Source of the DNA: Pelagomonas calceolata
Taxonomy: Eukaryota
Reading direction: 5' to 3'
NCBI GenBank assembly: GCA_918797485.1
Contig: CAKKNE010000005.1
Location: forward strand, 3,038,001 to 3,102,000
Length of the DNA stretch: 64,000 bases
In this document: in pieces, positions 54,029 to 62,894 of the stretch
Layout of the letters: every line of letters starts with the position of its first letter
How positions within the stretch are numbered: the stretch's first letter is position 1
Translations under genes and position numbers: made by a program
Notes under the pieces: model-generated
The model's input: only the letters and a program-made list of their open reading frames with translations
The model's database searches: none
Told to the model about the DNA's origin: nothing

Positions 54029-55693
54029 TCACATCATATTCGGCCGTCTTCCTCCCCGGCGCCGCCTCCGGCGAGGTTGCTGCTCGTCTTCCGCGAGGAC
54101 GAGCTCCTTGACGCGCCCGGCTAGGAAGTCCTGCATCAGCGCCTTCTGCGCGGCGAACTCGTCCCTTCCGGCGGGCGGAGGACACGCCCTTTCGCACGCC
54201 GCCCGCGACGCGAACCGGTTCGCGGTGCCGCCACACCCACCATAAATAAACTCCTCGCACCGGTGCGTCACGGCGTTGTGGAACCAGCTCGGCATGTGTG
54301 CCTTGCACATACCCGTGGCCGCGTGCAAGGAACACACATCCTCCGCACCGTCCGCCACGCCGTCGACGCGACGGTCGCGGCGTGCCGGCGACGCCGTTGC
54401 GCCGTCGACGCGACCCCTGCACAGCGCGTACGCCGCCTCCGCCGTTTCAGGCAACTCCGACGCCACGTCGCCGCTCCCGCCCACATGATTCCCGATGAAG
54501 CTCTTGGCGTAGGGCGTCACGAAGAGTTTGACAGGTCGTTCGAGGCCGCCCCACGCTAGAGCTTGCTCGGAAAAGCTCGAGCCGGCCGTCCCGACAAACG
54601 TATGCGCAGAAGCCAGCAGCAGGAGGTCCACGAGCGGGCCGAGCGCACCGCCGTGGCCGAAGCTCACGCCCTTGTCTCGCTCCGTCTCCAGCTGCTTCGC
54701 CGGCCGTGTAAGACCGCTGTGGTGCAGGTGGTCTTGTGGCGGCGATCCGACCGACGCGAAGTGCATCTTCGCATGTCGCGCTGCGGCCTCGACAACGGTT
54801 GTATCGTCGGCCGTGACGAGTATTGAGCTCGTCTCGCCCAGCCCGCGCGCGCACGCCACAAAAATATCCGAGACGCGCGCCCAACATGCTAAATCCGTGC
54901 AGTGCCGAGCGCGCTTGTGCCGTTGGAGGTACTGCGCCTCGTACTCAATGTTCGTCCGCAGGTGGATCGCCTGTGCACAAACCAACCAGTGAGTCGGGTG
55001 CCCGTGAAAGCTTTTGATTCATGCACCGTGGCTCGCGCTCGCGATACTAAACACCGGACGGTCGAACGCCCGCCGCCTCGCGTCCGCCAGGGCCACCCTC
55101 AGCTGGCCCGACGGCGCGAAGAGCGCCCTTAGCCCGCACGACGCGACGTCCGCGTCGTTGCCAAGGCCCGCCTCGTTCACGACGTCTCGCAGCTTCGGGT
55201 TCTCGCGCCAGCGCACGGACGGGTCGTGGTTCCAGCCGCTTACCACAAGAGCGACGCTCGCGTCGTCGAGCACGTTCCGCAGGTTCATGCCGCGGGCATT
55301 GTTCGCGAGGGGGCGGCGCTTTCCAGGCGTTCGCTCCAGCAGGTCGAGGCGATCCCACCGTATCAACGCCGGCTTTAAGAAAGCGAGCTCGGCTTGACTC
55401 TCTCCATAATCAAGGAGCAATGAACGCTTCGTCAGCGCGGCGAGCGTCAGGCCCGCCCGCACGGAGCGCAGCCGGTTGCCGAGGCCCGCGCGGCCGTGCG
55501 GCTTGACGACGACGAAGCGCGGCGCCACCGCTCCGTCGTGCATGGCGTGCTGCGTCGCGTTTAGCTTTCGAAGCCATGGCTGCGTCGCGCAACTCGTGCT
55601 GCGGAGGCCGCCGCCGAGCCAGCGGAGGTCGTCCCACTGCTCGCGCAGGGCGCTGGCGGCCAGCGTTGTTAGGGCTGCGAGCAGCGGTCGCAT
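54029..55693 (-). CDS. Fucosyltransferase-like protein (GT-B, NodZ/FUT8/FUT-type motifs) with C-terminal Kunitz/BPTI domain. Exons 55693-55037 and 54970-54029.
   Basis: Signal peptide; GLGNRL, AIHLRT, LVTADD, DLLLLASAHTFVGTAGSSFS; Kunitz CSL...GMCKA...WF...CEEFIYGGCGGTANRFASRAACERAC; two ORFs joined in phase 0 by an introner. Confidence 0.8.
54971..55028 (-). mobile_element. Mini-introner, 58 bp; intron 55036-54971, GC-AG
   Basis: Minus strand: TSD GCGAGCCA | CGGTGCATGAATCAA...GCACCCGACTCACTGGTTGGTTTGTGCACAG | TSD GCGATCCA; 3' end homologous to the VMP1 elements; contains an in-frame TGA. Confidence 0.85.
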
Positions 55694-55760
55694 GGGCTCA
55701 GTTATTCATGCATGTGCCGCGCGTACGAGCTTTTTAGGCTCTTTTGCGGCCGCGGCTTTA

Positions 55761-55788
55761 GCTAGCGGTATGTAAGACACTAGCGAGC
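55761..55788 (+). promoter_or_regulatory. Recurrent upstream motif, copy 9 (divergent promoter)
   Basis: GCTAGCGGTATGTAAGACACTAGCGAGC. Confidence 0.6.
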
Positions 55789-55956
55789 TTTGGCACGGTC
55801 TCTTGGCATGGGCACAGCTATCGCAGACATCCTCACGGCGTGCTCTCACGCTTGACAATAGCCACCCTTTGTTGTGAGTTTCAGTCTCCGGAGCGCCAAC
55901 TCGCCTCCGTCGCCACAAAACCAAGTGCTGCACCGCGCGCGTGCTGCGCAAACTGC

Positions 55957-56133
55957 ATGCAGGACTACAACGGGAAGATCACGTATACCGCGTTCGCGCC
56001 GTTGTTCGTAATCCCGACGCTGCTCGTCGTCGTGCCGCGCTGCCCGGCGCGCTTTCGGTTACCACTGTTCGGAGGCGTCGTCTCGGTCTACGGCTCCTTC
56101 TCGCTCTTCAAGTACTTTGCCAGCGAAGGATAA
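55957..56133 (+). CDS. Small hydrophobic protein (58 aa or more) whose stop overlaps the next start
   Basis: MQDYNGKITYTAFAPLFVIPTLLVVV...LFGGVVSVYGSFSLFKYFASEG*; two hydrophobic stretches; may have a short upstream exon from ATG 55808. Confidence 0.5.
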   Translation: MQDYNGKITYTAFAPLFVIPTLLVVVPRCPARFRLPLFGGVVSVYGSFSLFKYFASEG

Positions 56134-57701
56134 TGATGCTCACGCTACTCCTCCTTGTGCGCTGCGCGAGCGCTGACTGGGCCGTCGTGACCGGCGCGTC
56201 GTCGGGCATCGGCGAGCAGCTGGCCCTGCAGGCGGCGCAACGCGGCTACGACGTCGTGCTGCACGGCCGCCGCCGACGAGCGCTGCATCGTCTCAAGAAG
56301 GCCATCGAAGCACAAACAGGACGCAGCACGAAGATGGTCGTCGAGGATTTGTCGTTGCCGCGAGGAGCGAGGCGGCTCCACGAGGCCTGCAAGGGCCTCG
56401 ACGTGCGCCTACTATTCGTCAATGCCGGCGTTGCGAGGGTTCAGCCGTTTATAGGCGATGACGCCGTCGATAAGATGCTCGCTCTGAACGTGCGCGCATC
56501 CACCGATCTTTGTCGGCGCTTCGGGCGCGACATGGCCGAAGCGGGCGGCGGCCGCGTCGTGCTCACGTCGTCGCTCGTGGGCGTCCCGGCGCACGGCTGC
56601 GCGGGCGCCGCGGCCTACGCCGCTTCTAAAGCTTATTTAAGGTCCTTCGGCAACGCGCTGCATGACGAGCTCAAGTCGCAGAAGGTGTCCGTGACTACCG
56701 TGCTGCCCGGCGCCGTCGACACGGCCTTCGCGAGGGCGGCGGACATGGAACGAAGCCTGGTCTTCAGCGTGCCGGGAGGCCGCGCCCTGGGCGTCGTGTC
56801 GGCGCCGGACGCCGTCGCGCGCGCCGCGCACCGCGCGGCGGCTCGGAAGCGACGGGAAATTGTCCCAGGGCTCGCGAACAAGGCTTACGCGCTCTGCGCC
56901 GAGGCCTGCCCCAACATATTGGGCCGCGTCGTGGCAAAGGCGACGTTCGCCCCGGCGCCGCGGGGCTTGGCCCCGCGCAGCAGCGCGGCCTTTATCGCGG
57001 CGCCGGCGCGCTCAACAGCACCGCGGCGCCCGCCATCCCGCTCTGTTCCTGGTAGGGCGGTCGGCTACGGCCTCCTGGGGGTTGTTGGAGGCCTGTCGGT
57101 GGCGAACGCGCTCCAGGACGGCTCGAAGCCGCCCCTGGCCACTGCACCGCCCTACGCGTCAAAGGCCGACTTTTACGCGGCTTGGCGGGCCTCTATAGCG
57201 CCCGAGGCGAGTACGCTGCCGGGATCGGTCTGGGACGGTGAACTTCTCTTCCTGGGGGCGCTCGCGCCGGCAGGAAGCATAGTCACGCACCGCCTATTCC
57301 CGGTGAAAGGTGCGGAGCGCAAGTGGCTCGGCAAGCGCTTCGACCAGCGCGGCGACGTCGGAACGAATCGCTTTCGCCGCAGCGACGACGACGAGGCCCT
57401 CGGCCGCGATTTCTCGTGGTCGATATCGACGTCGCGGCGCGACGGTGAGGAGGCGCTCGTACTGAACTACGCAGCGGCCCCGACGCCGGACCGGCTCTTC
57501 GGCACCGTCCTACGCATGCGCGACGAATTGCGTGAGCTCGAGCCCGGAGTGTTGCTCGGCATCGGATCCATGGCGGCCACGGGTGGGATGCGAAATGGGG
57601 CGCCCTTCATTCTACGGCGGCGCTCCGGCGGCGACGACGCCTCCTCCGAGGACGCGGTGGAAGCGGACGAAGACGTCCTTGTCGACGACGCCGCTGACTA
57701 A
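56133..57701 (+). CDS. Short-chain dehydrogenase/reductase with an extra C-terminal domain
   Basis: Signal-like N-terminus; AVVTGASSGIG, VNAG, YAASK, LPGAVDT; C-terminal WLGKRF...LVLNY...MRDELRELEPGVLLG domain. Confidence 0.85.
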   Translation: MMLTLLLLVRCASADWAVVTGASSGIGEQLALQAAQRGYDVVLHGRRRRALHRLKKAIEAQTGRSTKMVVEDLSLPRGARRLHEACKGLDVRLLFVNAGVARVQPFIGDDAVDKMLALNVRASTDLCRRFGRDMAEAGGGRVVLTSSLVGVPAHGCAGAAAYAASKAYLRSFGNALHDELKSQKVSVTTVLPGAVDTAFARAADMERSLVFSVPGGRALGVVSAPDAVARAAHRAAARKRREIVPGLANKAYALCAEACPNILGRVVAKATFAPAPRGLAPRSSAAFIAAPARSTAPRRPPSRSVPGRAVGYGLLGVVGGLSVANALQDGSKPPLATAPPYASKADFYAAWRASIAPEASTLPGSVWDGELLFLGALAPAGSIVTHRLFPVKGAERKWLGKRFDQRGDVGTNRFRRSDDDEALGRDFSWSISTSRRDGEEALVLNYAAAPTPDRLFGTVLRMRDELRELEPGVLLGIGSMAATGGMRNGAPFILRRRSGGDDASSEDAVEADEDVLVDDAAD

Positions 57702-57717
57702 ATGTGTAGCTAACTAA

Positions 57718-59799
57718 TCACTTAAGCCCCGCGTCCAGCACCGCGTCGCACACGTCCGCCGCCGTCCCCAACTCAATTAAATCAACGAGCCGCGGGTCCG
57801 CGGCCAGCAGGTCGCCGAACGCGTAGGGCCGCTTCCGCTTTGCTGAAGACGGCGCGCGGACGACGACCAGGGGCGCCGCCCGCGGCGCGGCGCCCAGCGC
57901 CGCCGGTTCCTCAATCGCTGATGCTTGCGAGAGGTGGAGGTACCGCCCCGCCGTGCGCACGAAGACGTTTTGTGGAGAGGGCGCCGCGAGGAGCGTGACC
58001 TCCTCGACGGCCCAGGCGAAGACACACGCGTCGGCGTCCGCTCTGAACACCTGCACGGCGTGCCGCGTCGCCGCAATAATACAATCCGATACTACAGCTC
58101 CCGCCGTGCACCTCTCGTCGATGCTCCACGCGGCCTCGGAGTAGAGGCCCGCGACATACAACCCCTTCGCGTCCACGGCGCCCAGTGCGTTACCATTGTC
58201 GACAAAACCGACAGCCAGAGGCGTCCGTTTTTCATCAAACGCGCCGTGCGTCTCCAATAATATGAGTGAGGACGCGTTCCACAACGTGACACAACCGGCG
58301 TGGTGCGCCGCGAGGACGTCTTCGGAAAAGGCGAGTTGTTGCGGTGGTGCCAAGTCATGAGACGCCCTTCCTAAACACACCCAGCCCTTCTGGCTCATGC
58401 CCCAGGTGCGGATGCCTTCCGAACCGGACGACGCCGCGACGACTAAGGACGGGTGGAAGGCCACGCAGTCCACACCAACACCGCGGCCGTGCGGGTGTCG
58501 TACCAAAGCGGCGCAGGTCCACCCTGATTGTTTTCTACTCCAAAATTTGAGTTCAGGGGACGGCGTCGCCTTCGGCCGCCACTCGTCGCACGTGACCAAG
58601 TGTTGTGCATCTCTAGAGAAAGCACACAGTGTCACGACGGGCGACAAGATCGGATCGTCGCCGACGCGCTCCTTGACATTCGTCCTATTGTGCGGTACCA
58701 CACTTATGGTATCTGATACTCTACTCCCATCGTATACTTGTAATGAGCCGGGCAAGCCGTTCGAGGCGACTCCTGTTCCAGAGGGGAATAGTACTGTTGA
58801 AAGGGGGCAGTGCAGCGACGACGACGTCCACAGCACCGCTAACCTACCTTCGCCCACGCGACACAAATGCAGCGCGCCGTCCACGCAACTCACGAGGCAC
58901 CGGTCCTCTTCTGCTGATGACGCACTGACGACCCTGGCGACGGGCCCACCTAACCTAGGGAGGAAGTCGCGCCGCCGCTCGCCGTCCTCCCTGCCTAAAC
59001 GCCACACGACCAACGTGGCCTCCCTACCACCGGACAGCATCGTCTCCGGGAGCAAACAAACGGAAGAACAGGCCGACGCGTGCCAGTGGTGTTGTGAATA
59101 CGTGTGGAAGCCGTGTCCTTGTCCAACTCGTTCCACGTCATCCAACCCGCGCCAGACCTTGATCAAGCCGTCGCGGTGCGCCGTCGCACACAATCGATTC
59201 GCACAAGCTATACACTGCAGCGGGTTCTTGGACTGGTCGCTTTGCGAGTGCGCGAGGCCTCCCTTTTTCTTCTTGCCGACGGCGTACGCGCGGAGCATGT
59301 GCCGCCCTCCCACGACGATGACGTCTCCCAAACATGATAGTCCTGCACATAGGTCGGATCCTTTCGGAGCGCTGGCGTCGACGTGGGTCCACTTGTTCTC
59401 CGCGCTTCTCCATAATACCTCGACGGGCGCATTATCATTCTTTCGCCGCGCGACGAGGATGATGCCGTCGCCTTTTGGAGCCGTGGCGATGCCGTAGCAC
59501 GCCGAAAACTTCTCGTCGTCAATTTTGCGTTCCTGGATGGCTCCCTCGTCGCAGGTTAGATCGGCTACCAACCCGTCCGCGCGCGCCACAGTAACTAAAT
59601 TGTCATGGGCACAAAGTACGGTATTCTGCGGCGCGTCGTCGCCGCGCCAGCTTGATAGCGTGTGTCCAGTACTAAGGTCGACGCTGCATATACCAGCTCC
59701 GAGGCTCCCGACGGCGACGCGGCCCTTGTCGAGCGCGGCGGCGCCGGTGCAGCAGCGGGGGAGGCCGATGACTTGGATTGAGCCTTCTTCTGCCGCCAT
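57718..59799 (-). CDS. WD40 protein, WDR75/UTP17-like (SSU processome)
   Basis: HHWH...MLSGGREATLVVW...RRDFLPRLGGPV and LKFW, characteristic of WDR75/Nan1. Confidence 0.75.
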   Translation of the reverse strand: MAAEEGSIQVIGLPRCCTGAAALDKGRVAVGSLGAGICSVDLSTGHTLSSWRGDDAPQNTVLCAHDNLVTVARADGLVADLTCDEGAIQERKIDDEKFSACYGIATAPKGDGIILVARRKNDNAPVEVLWRSAENKWTHVDASAPKGSDLCAGLSCLGDVIVVGGRHMLRAYAVGKKKKGGLAHSQSDQSKNPLQCIACANRLCATAHRDGLIKVWRGLDDVERVGQGHGFHTYSQHHWHASACSSVCLLPETMLSGGREATLVVWRLGREDGERRRDFLPRLGGPVARVVSASSAEEDRCLVSCVDGALHLCRVGEGRLAVLWTSSSLHCPLSTVLFPSGTGVASNGLPGSLQVYDGSRVSDTISVVPHNRTNVKERVGDDPILSPVVTLCAFSRDAQHLVTCDEWRPKATPSPELKFWSRKQSGWTCAALVRHPHGRGVGVDCVAFHPSLVVAASSGSEGIRTWGMSQKGWVCLGRASHDLAPPQQLAFSEDVLAAHHAGCVTLWNASSLILLETHGAFDEKRTPLAVGFVDNGNALGAVDAKGLYVAGLYSEAAWSIDERCTAGAVVSDCIIAATRHAVQVFRADADACVFAWAVEEVTLLAAPSPQNVFVRTAGRYLHLSQASAIEEPAALGAAPRAAPLVVVRAPSSAKRKRPYAFGDLLAADPRLVDLIELGTAADVCDAVLDAGLK

Positions 59800-59971
59800 G
59801 TTTTGCAGTGCAGTGCAGCCGGCGAGGGGCTTGCACGGCTGTTTGGCCGTCTCCGGATCGCGAGTCTTTTGTTGTCGCAGCAATGACAGCAAGAATTAAC
59901 AGTAATGTGCTCAGCAGTGTGTCCAGAAAGCTAGTTATCGCCGCGATACGCGGACGCTGCACTTTTGCTCG

Positions 59972-59998
59972 CTTGCTAGTGCCTTACGGTCCGCTAGC
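59972..59998 (-). promoter_or_regulatory. Recurrent upstream motif, copy 10 (divergent promoter)
   Basis: CTTGCTAGTGCCTTACGGTCCGCTAGC. Confidence 0.6.
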
Positions 59999-60187
59999 TG
60001 ATTATGCCGCGGCCTAGCTGGCTTGCGCGTGCTCGGCCAGCCGTGCCTTAGAGTGCAAACAAAATAGCGTATCCGACTCATTCGCAAGTCTTTTCCTGGC
60101 ATCGACGCAAGCGATTGCTCTCCGTGGTCGCAAAGGGACCTTCACACGCTAATCCCCACAGCTGCGGATCCACCCTTTCTGCCAGCC

Positions 60188-61330
60188 ATGTGGCGCGCGG
60201 CACTCGTCGTCGGCGCCGCGACGAATGCATTCCTCGCACCGATTCCAAACCAAAAACACATCCTGCGCGCCGAGCCGCGCTGGGTCGACGGCCCGACGGA
60301 CATCGGCGAGGCCGGCGCGATGAGCCGCCATATTGGAGGAGCCGTCTGCGTGTTGTATTTCAACCCCATGGGCGAGGGCGGCGCCGCGGCGTTATCGACC
60401 GTCGAGTTCGCGGGCCAAGCCCTGCCGCAGTGCGAGTTTCTGCTGGCGTCACAGGACAGAGATAAAGAGTGCTGGGGCGCGTTCGATGCTTTACCGGAGG
60501 GCCAGGCCCTGCCCTGCGTCGAGGTTTTCGACGGAGGCGTCTCGCAGGGCATCGTCGCCGCCGGCGACCTCATCGCGACATTAGCATCACTAGGGTACAA
60601 GCCCGGTGGAGGCGCGGCGCCGTCACAAGGTTCGGTCGACTCGGATCAATTCTTCAACCTCGCTGATGATTTATGGTGGCGTTCAGCTGAATCTAGAAAT
60701 CAACCTAGACCGAAGACGCCGCCGCCGACGAACCGCCGGCAGGAGCAGCGCCAGCAGGCGGGCATGAAGCCGCCGCGGACGACGGCGCGCTTCTTCCCCG
60801 GCGCCGGCATGGGCCAGGCGCCGCCGCCGGGCATGGGCGACGAGATCAAGAGGCAGCAGGACCTCGAGAAGCAGCTCGGCGGTGCGTTACCGCCGGGCGG
60901 GCGGGTGGTGGAGGGCGACGATGGTCAGAGGAAGCCGCCGCCGAAGAAGCCCGAGGGCCCCGACCCCATCAAGGACCTCAAGAAGAAGATGGACGGGTTT
61001 GCTAGAGAATTAGGGAAGGACACGGAGGCCGTCCGGAAGAAGCTGAGCGAGCAGGCCATGGAGGCCCAGGTCAGTGCCCAGAAGGCGGCCGACGACGCGG
61101 TCCGCGCCGCTGGGGGAGAAACGAAGCGCGACAAGCTCGAAAGGTTGTTCGCTTCCGACGCCGAGGAGGTGCCGACGGACGAGAACCTGTCCGAGTTCGA
61201 GCGCTTCCTGGAGAACCGGAGGAAGGGCGGGACGGACGCGGACTTCTACGCCTCGAAAGAGAAGGCGAAGAAAGACTCGGACGACGACGACTGGTTGGGC
61301 GCGATCAAGTACAAGCCGCCGCCTAAGTGA
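60188..61330 (+). CDS. Hypothetical protein, probably plastid-targeted
   Basis: MWRAALVVGAATNA-FLAP resembles the heterokont bipartite signal/ASAFAP cleavage motif. Confidence 0.7.
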   Translation: MWRAALVVGAATNAFLAPIPNQKHILRAEPRWVDGPTDIGEAGAMSRHIGGAVCVLYFNPMGEGGAAALSTVEFAGQALPQCEFLLASQDRDKECWGAFDALPEGQALPCVEVFDGGVSQGIVAAGDLIATLASLGYKPGGGAAPSQGSVDSDQFFNLADDLWWRSAESRNQPRPKTPPPTNRRQEQRQQAGMKPPRTTARFFPGAGMGQAPPPGMGDEIKRQQDLEKQLGGALPPGGRVVEGDDGQRKPPPKKPEGPDPIKDLKKKMDGFARELGKDTEAVRKKLSEQAMEAQVSAQKAADDAVRAAGGETKRDKLERLFASDAEEVPTDENLSEFERFLENRRKGGTDADFYASKEKAKKDSDDDDWLGAIKYKPPPK

Positions 61331-61346
61331 GAGGTATACTATGTAA

Positions 61347-62459
61347 TTATAACCACGGGGGCGGGTGCGCGACGAGGGCCTCCTTCATGTTGAGCCTACC
61401 GGGCGGCGGTTTGGTGGAGCCCCAGCATGGCAGGTTGCGTCGGAGCCATAACCTGGTCGGATCGGTCAGGCGGTGGTAGCGTTCCCATTCGTCGTCATCG
61501 TATGTCATCACATCGGCGGAAAAATTCCATAGAAGCGGACAATGAGCCGCGAGGGCGGCCACCGCCGCGTCGCCAAACCAGGGACAATTATCGACGTGGA
61601 CGCGTTCCAACAAAGGACAGCCCCTGGCGAGGGAAAGCACCCCAGCGTCAGTAAATCGCTCGCAGTTCGACAGTGTGAGGGACTTCAGGAGACCACACCG
61701 CTCGCCGACCGCAATCAGAGACGCGTCCGTGAGGGCTGGAGCCGGCGCATCCGAGTCGCTGCAGGAACTGTGGAGGTCGAGCGTCTCGAGCAGAGGACAG
61801 CCGTTCGCGAGCGCTACTATCGACGCGTCCGTGAGTTCCGCTCCATATAAATCGAGCTTCTTGAACGACTTGCAGTGACGGGCGACGGCCAGTACGGTTT
61901 TATCCCTCACCAACGCTTCGTCACCGCCCCCGGGGCCCCTTGGAGAAACCCGGAGGGTCGACAGCGCCGGAAAGCGCTCGAGAGCATACACGAGCCCGTC
62001 TTCGGTCAACTCATCCCCCGGGTCAGTATAAAACTCGAGCACCTTGAGCCTTGGGCAGCCGTTTCCGATAGCCCGCAGACTGTCGTCAGTGAGGCCATAC
62101 ACCTTCAGCACCGTCAGATTTGGGCAGTTGGCACCGATGATTTTGATCGACGCCTCCGAGAGATCATTAGGAATCAGGCTCAAACATTTCACCCAAGACA
62201 GCCGCGGGGCCTTGCGCAGGAAGGCCCGAAAAAATAATGTGTCGTTGATAATTACCTCTCCACGGGAGGGACGGGTGAAATCCTTTCTAGCGTCAAACTC
62301 CCTCCAAAGCAAAGGCGCGCGCGTCGCGTGCAAAAAACCGCGCGACACCGCCTCCGCGCGTGCTCGGTCAGGCAAGGCCAGGAAGGACAGAGGACCCGCG
62401 GACGCGTCCAGATCAATGGTAAGGTACGGGAACGCGCCGCCGCTGGAGGCGGCATTCAT
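61347..62459 (-). CDS. F-box/LRR (cysteine-containing LRR) protein
   Basis: LSFLALPDRARAEAVSRGF...LW; repeats LTDxSLxAxxxGCPxLxxLxL. Confidence 0.85.
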   Translation of the reverse strand: MNAASSGGAFPYLTIDLDASAGPLSFLALPDRARAEAVSRGFLHATRAPLLWREFDARKDFTRPSRGEVIINDTLFFRAFLRKAPRLSWVKCLSLIPNDLSEASIKIIGANCPNLTVLKVYGLTDDSLRAIGNGCPRLKVLEFYTDPGDELTEDGLVYALERFPALSTLRVSPRGPGGGDEALVRDKTVLAVARHCKSFKKLDLYGAELTDASIVALANGCPLLETLDLHSSCSDSDAPAPALTDASLIAVGERCGLLKSLTLSNCERFTDAGVLSLARGCPLLERVHVDNCPWFGDAAVAALAAHCPLLWNFSADVMTYDDDEWERYHRLTDPTRLWLRRNLPCWGSTKPPPGRLNMKEALVAHPPPWL

Positions 62460-62477
62460 TCGCGTTGCTATCGCTGC

Positions 62478-62640
62478 GGTGGATTGAGCAGCGGAGCACA
62501 ACTGACCCTGGTGGCGCACGGCGGCGTGTGATGAAGTGCTGCGGCTACCGATGCACAGCGTGCAGATCGCAGTCGTACAAGTTCACTGCTATATTTCTAG
62601 CTTGTGAGAGGAGCGGTAACCACCAATTTAGCCCAAAAAC
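62478..62640. repeat. Upstream region duplicated at 63833-64000
   Basis: GCGGTGGATTGA.CAGCGGAGCACAA...GGCGTGTGATG.AGTGCTG.GGCTACCGA...TTCACTGCTATATTTCTAGCTTGTGA in both. Confidence 0.85.
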
Positions 62641-62656
62641 TTTGCAAGGCAGAGGG

Positions 62657-62683
62657 GCTAGCGGCATGTAAGACACTAGCGAG
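62657..62683 (+). promoter_or_regulatory. Recurrent upstream motif, copy 11
   Basis: GCTAGCGGCATGTAAGACACTAGCGAG. Confidence 0.6.
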
Positions 62684-62720
62684 ACTTGGCACGAGTCTAG
62701 CACCGTAACAATACCATCGC

Positions 62721-62865
62721 ACGAGAACCTGTCCGAGTTCGAGCGCTTCCTGGAAAATAGAAGGAAGGGCGGGACGGACGCGGAGTTCTACGCCGCGAAG
62801 GAGGCGAAGAAGGACGACCCGGAGGATGACTGGCTGAGCGAGATCAAGTACAAGCCGCCTAAGTA
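62721..62865 (+). pseudogene. Duplicated 3' fragment of gene 60188-61330
   Basis: Encodes ENLSEFERFLENRRKGGTDAEFYAAKEAKKDDPEDDWLSEIKYKPPK*, versus 61180-61330. Confidence 0.85.
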
Positions 62866-62894
62866 AGTAAGAGGTTGTATACAAAAGGGTCTAG

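Noticed and set aside
25195..55693. Polysaccharide-modification gene cluster (sulfotransferase, GT-like, SGNH, GT8, fucosyltransferase)
   Set aside because: Spread over 30 kb among housekeeping genes, and these families are commonly numerous in algae
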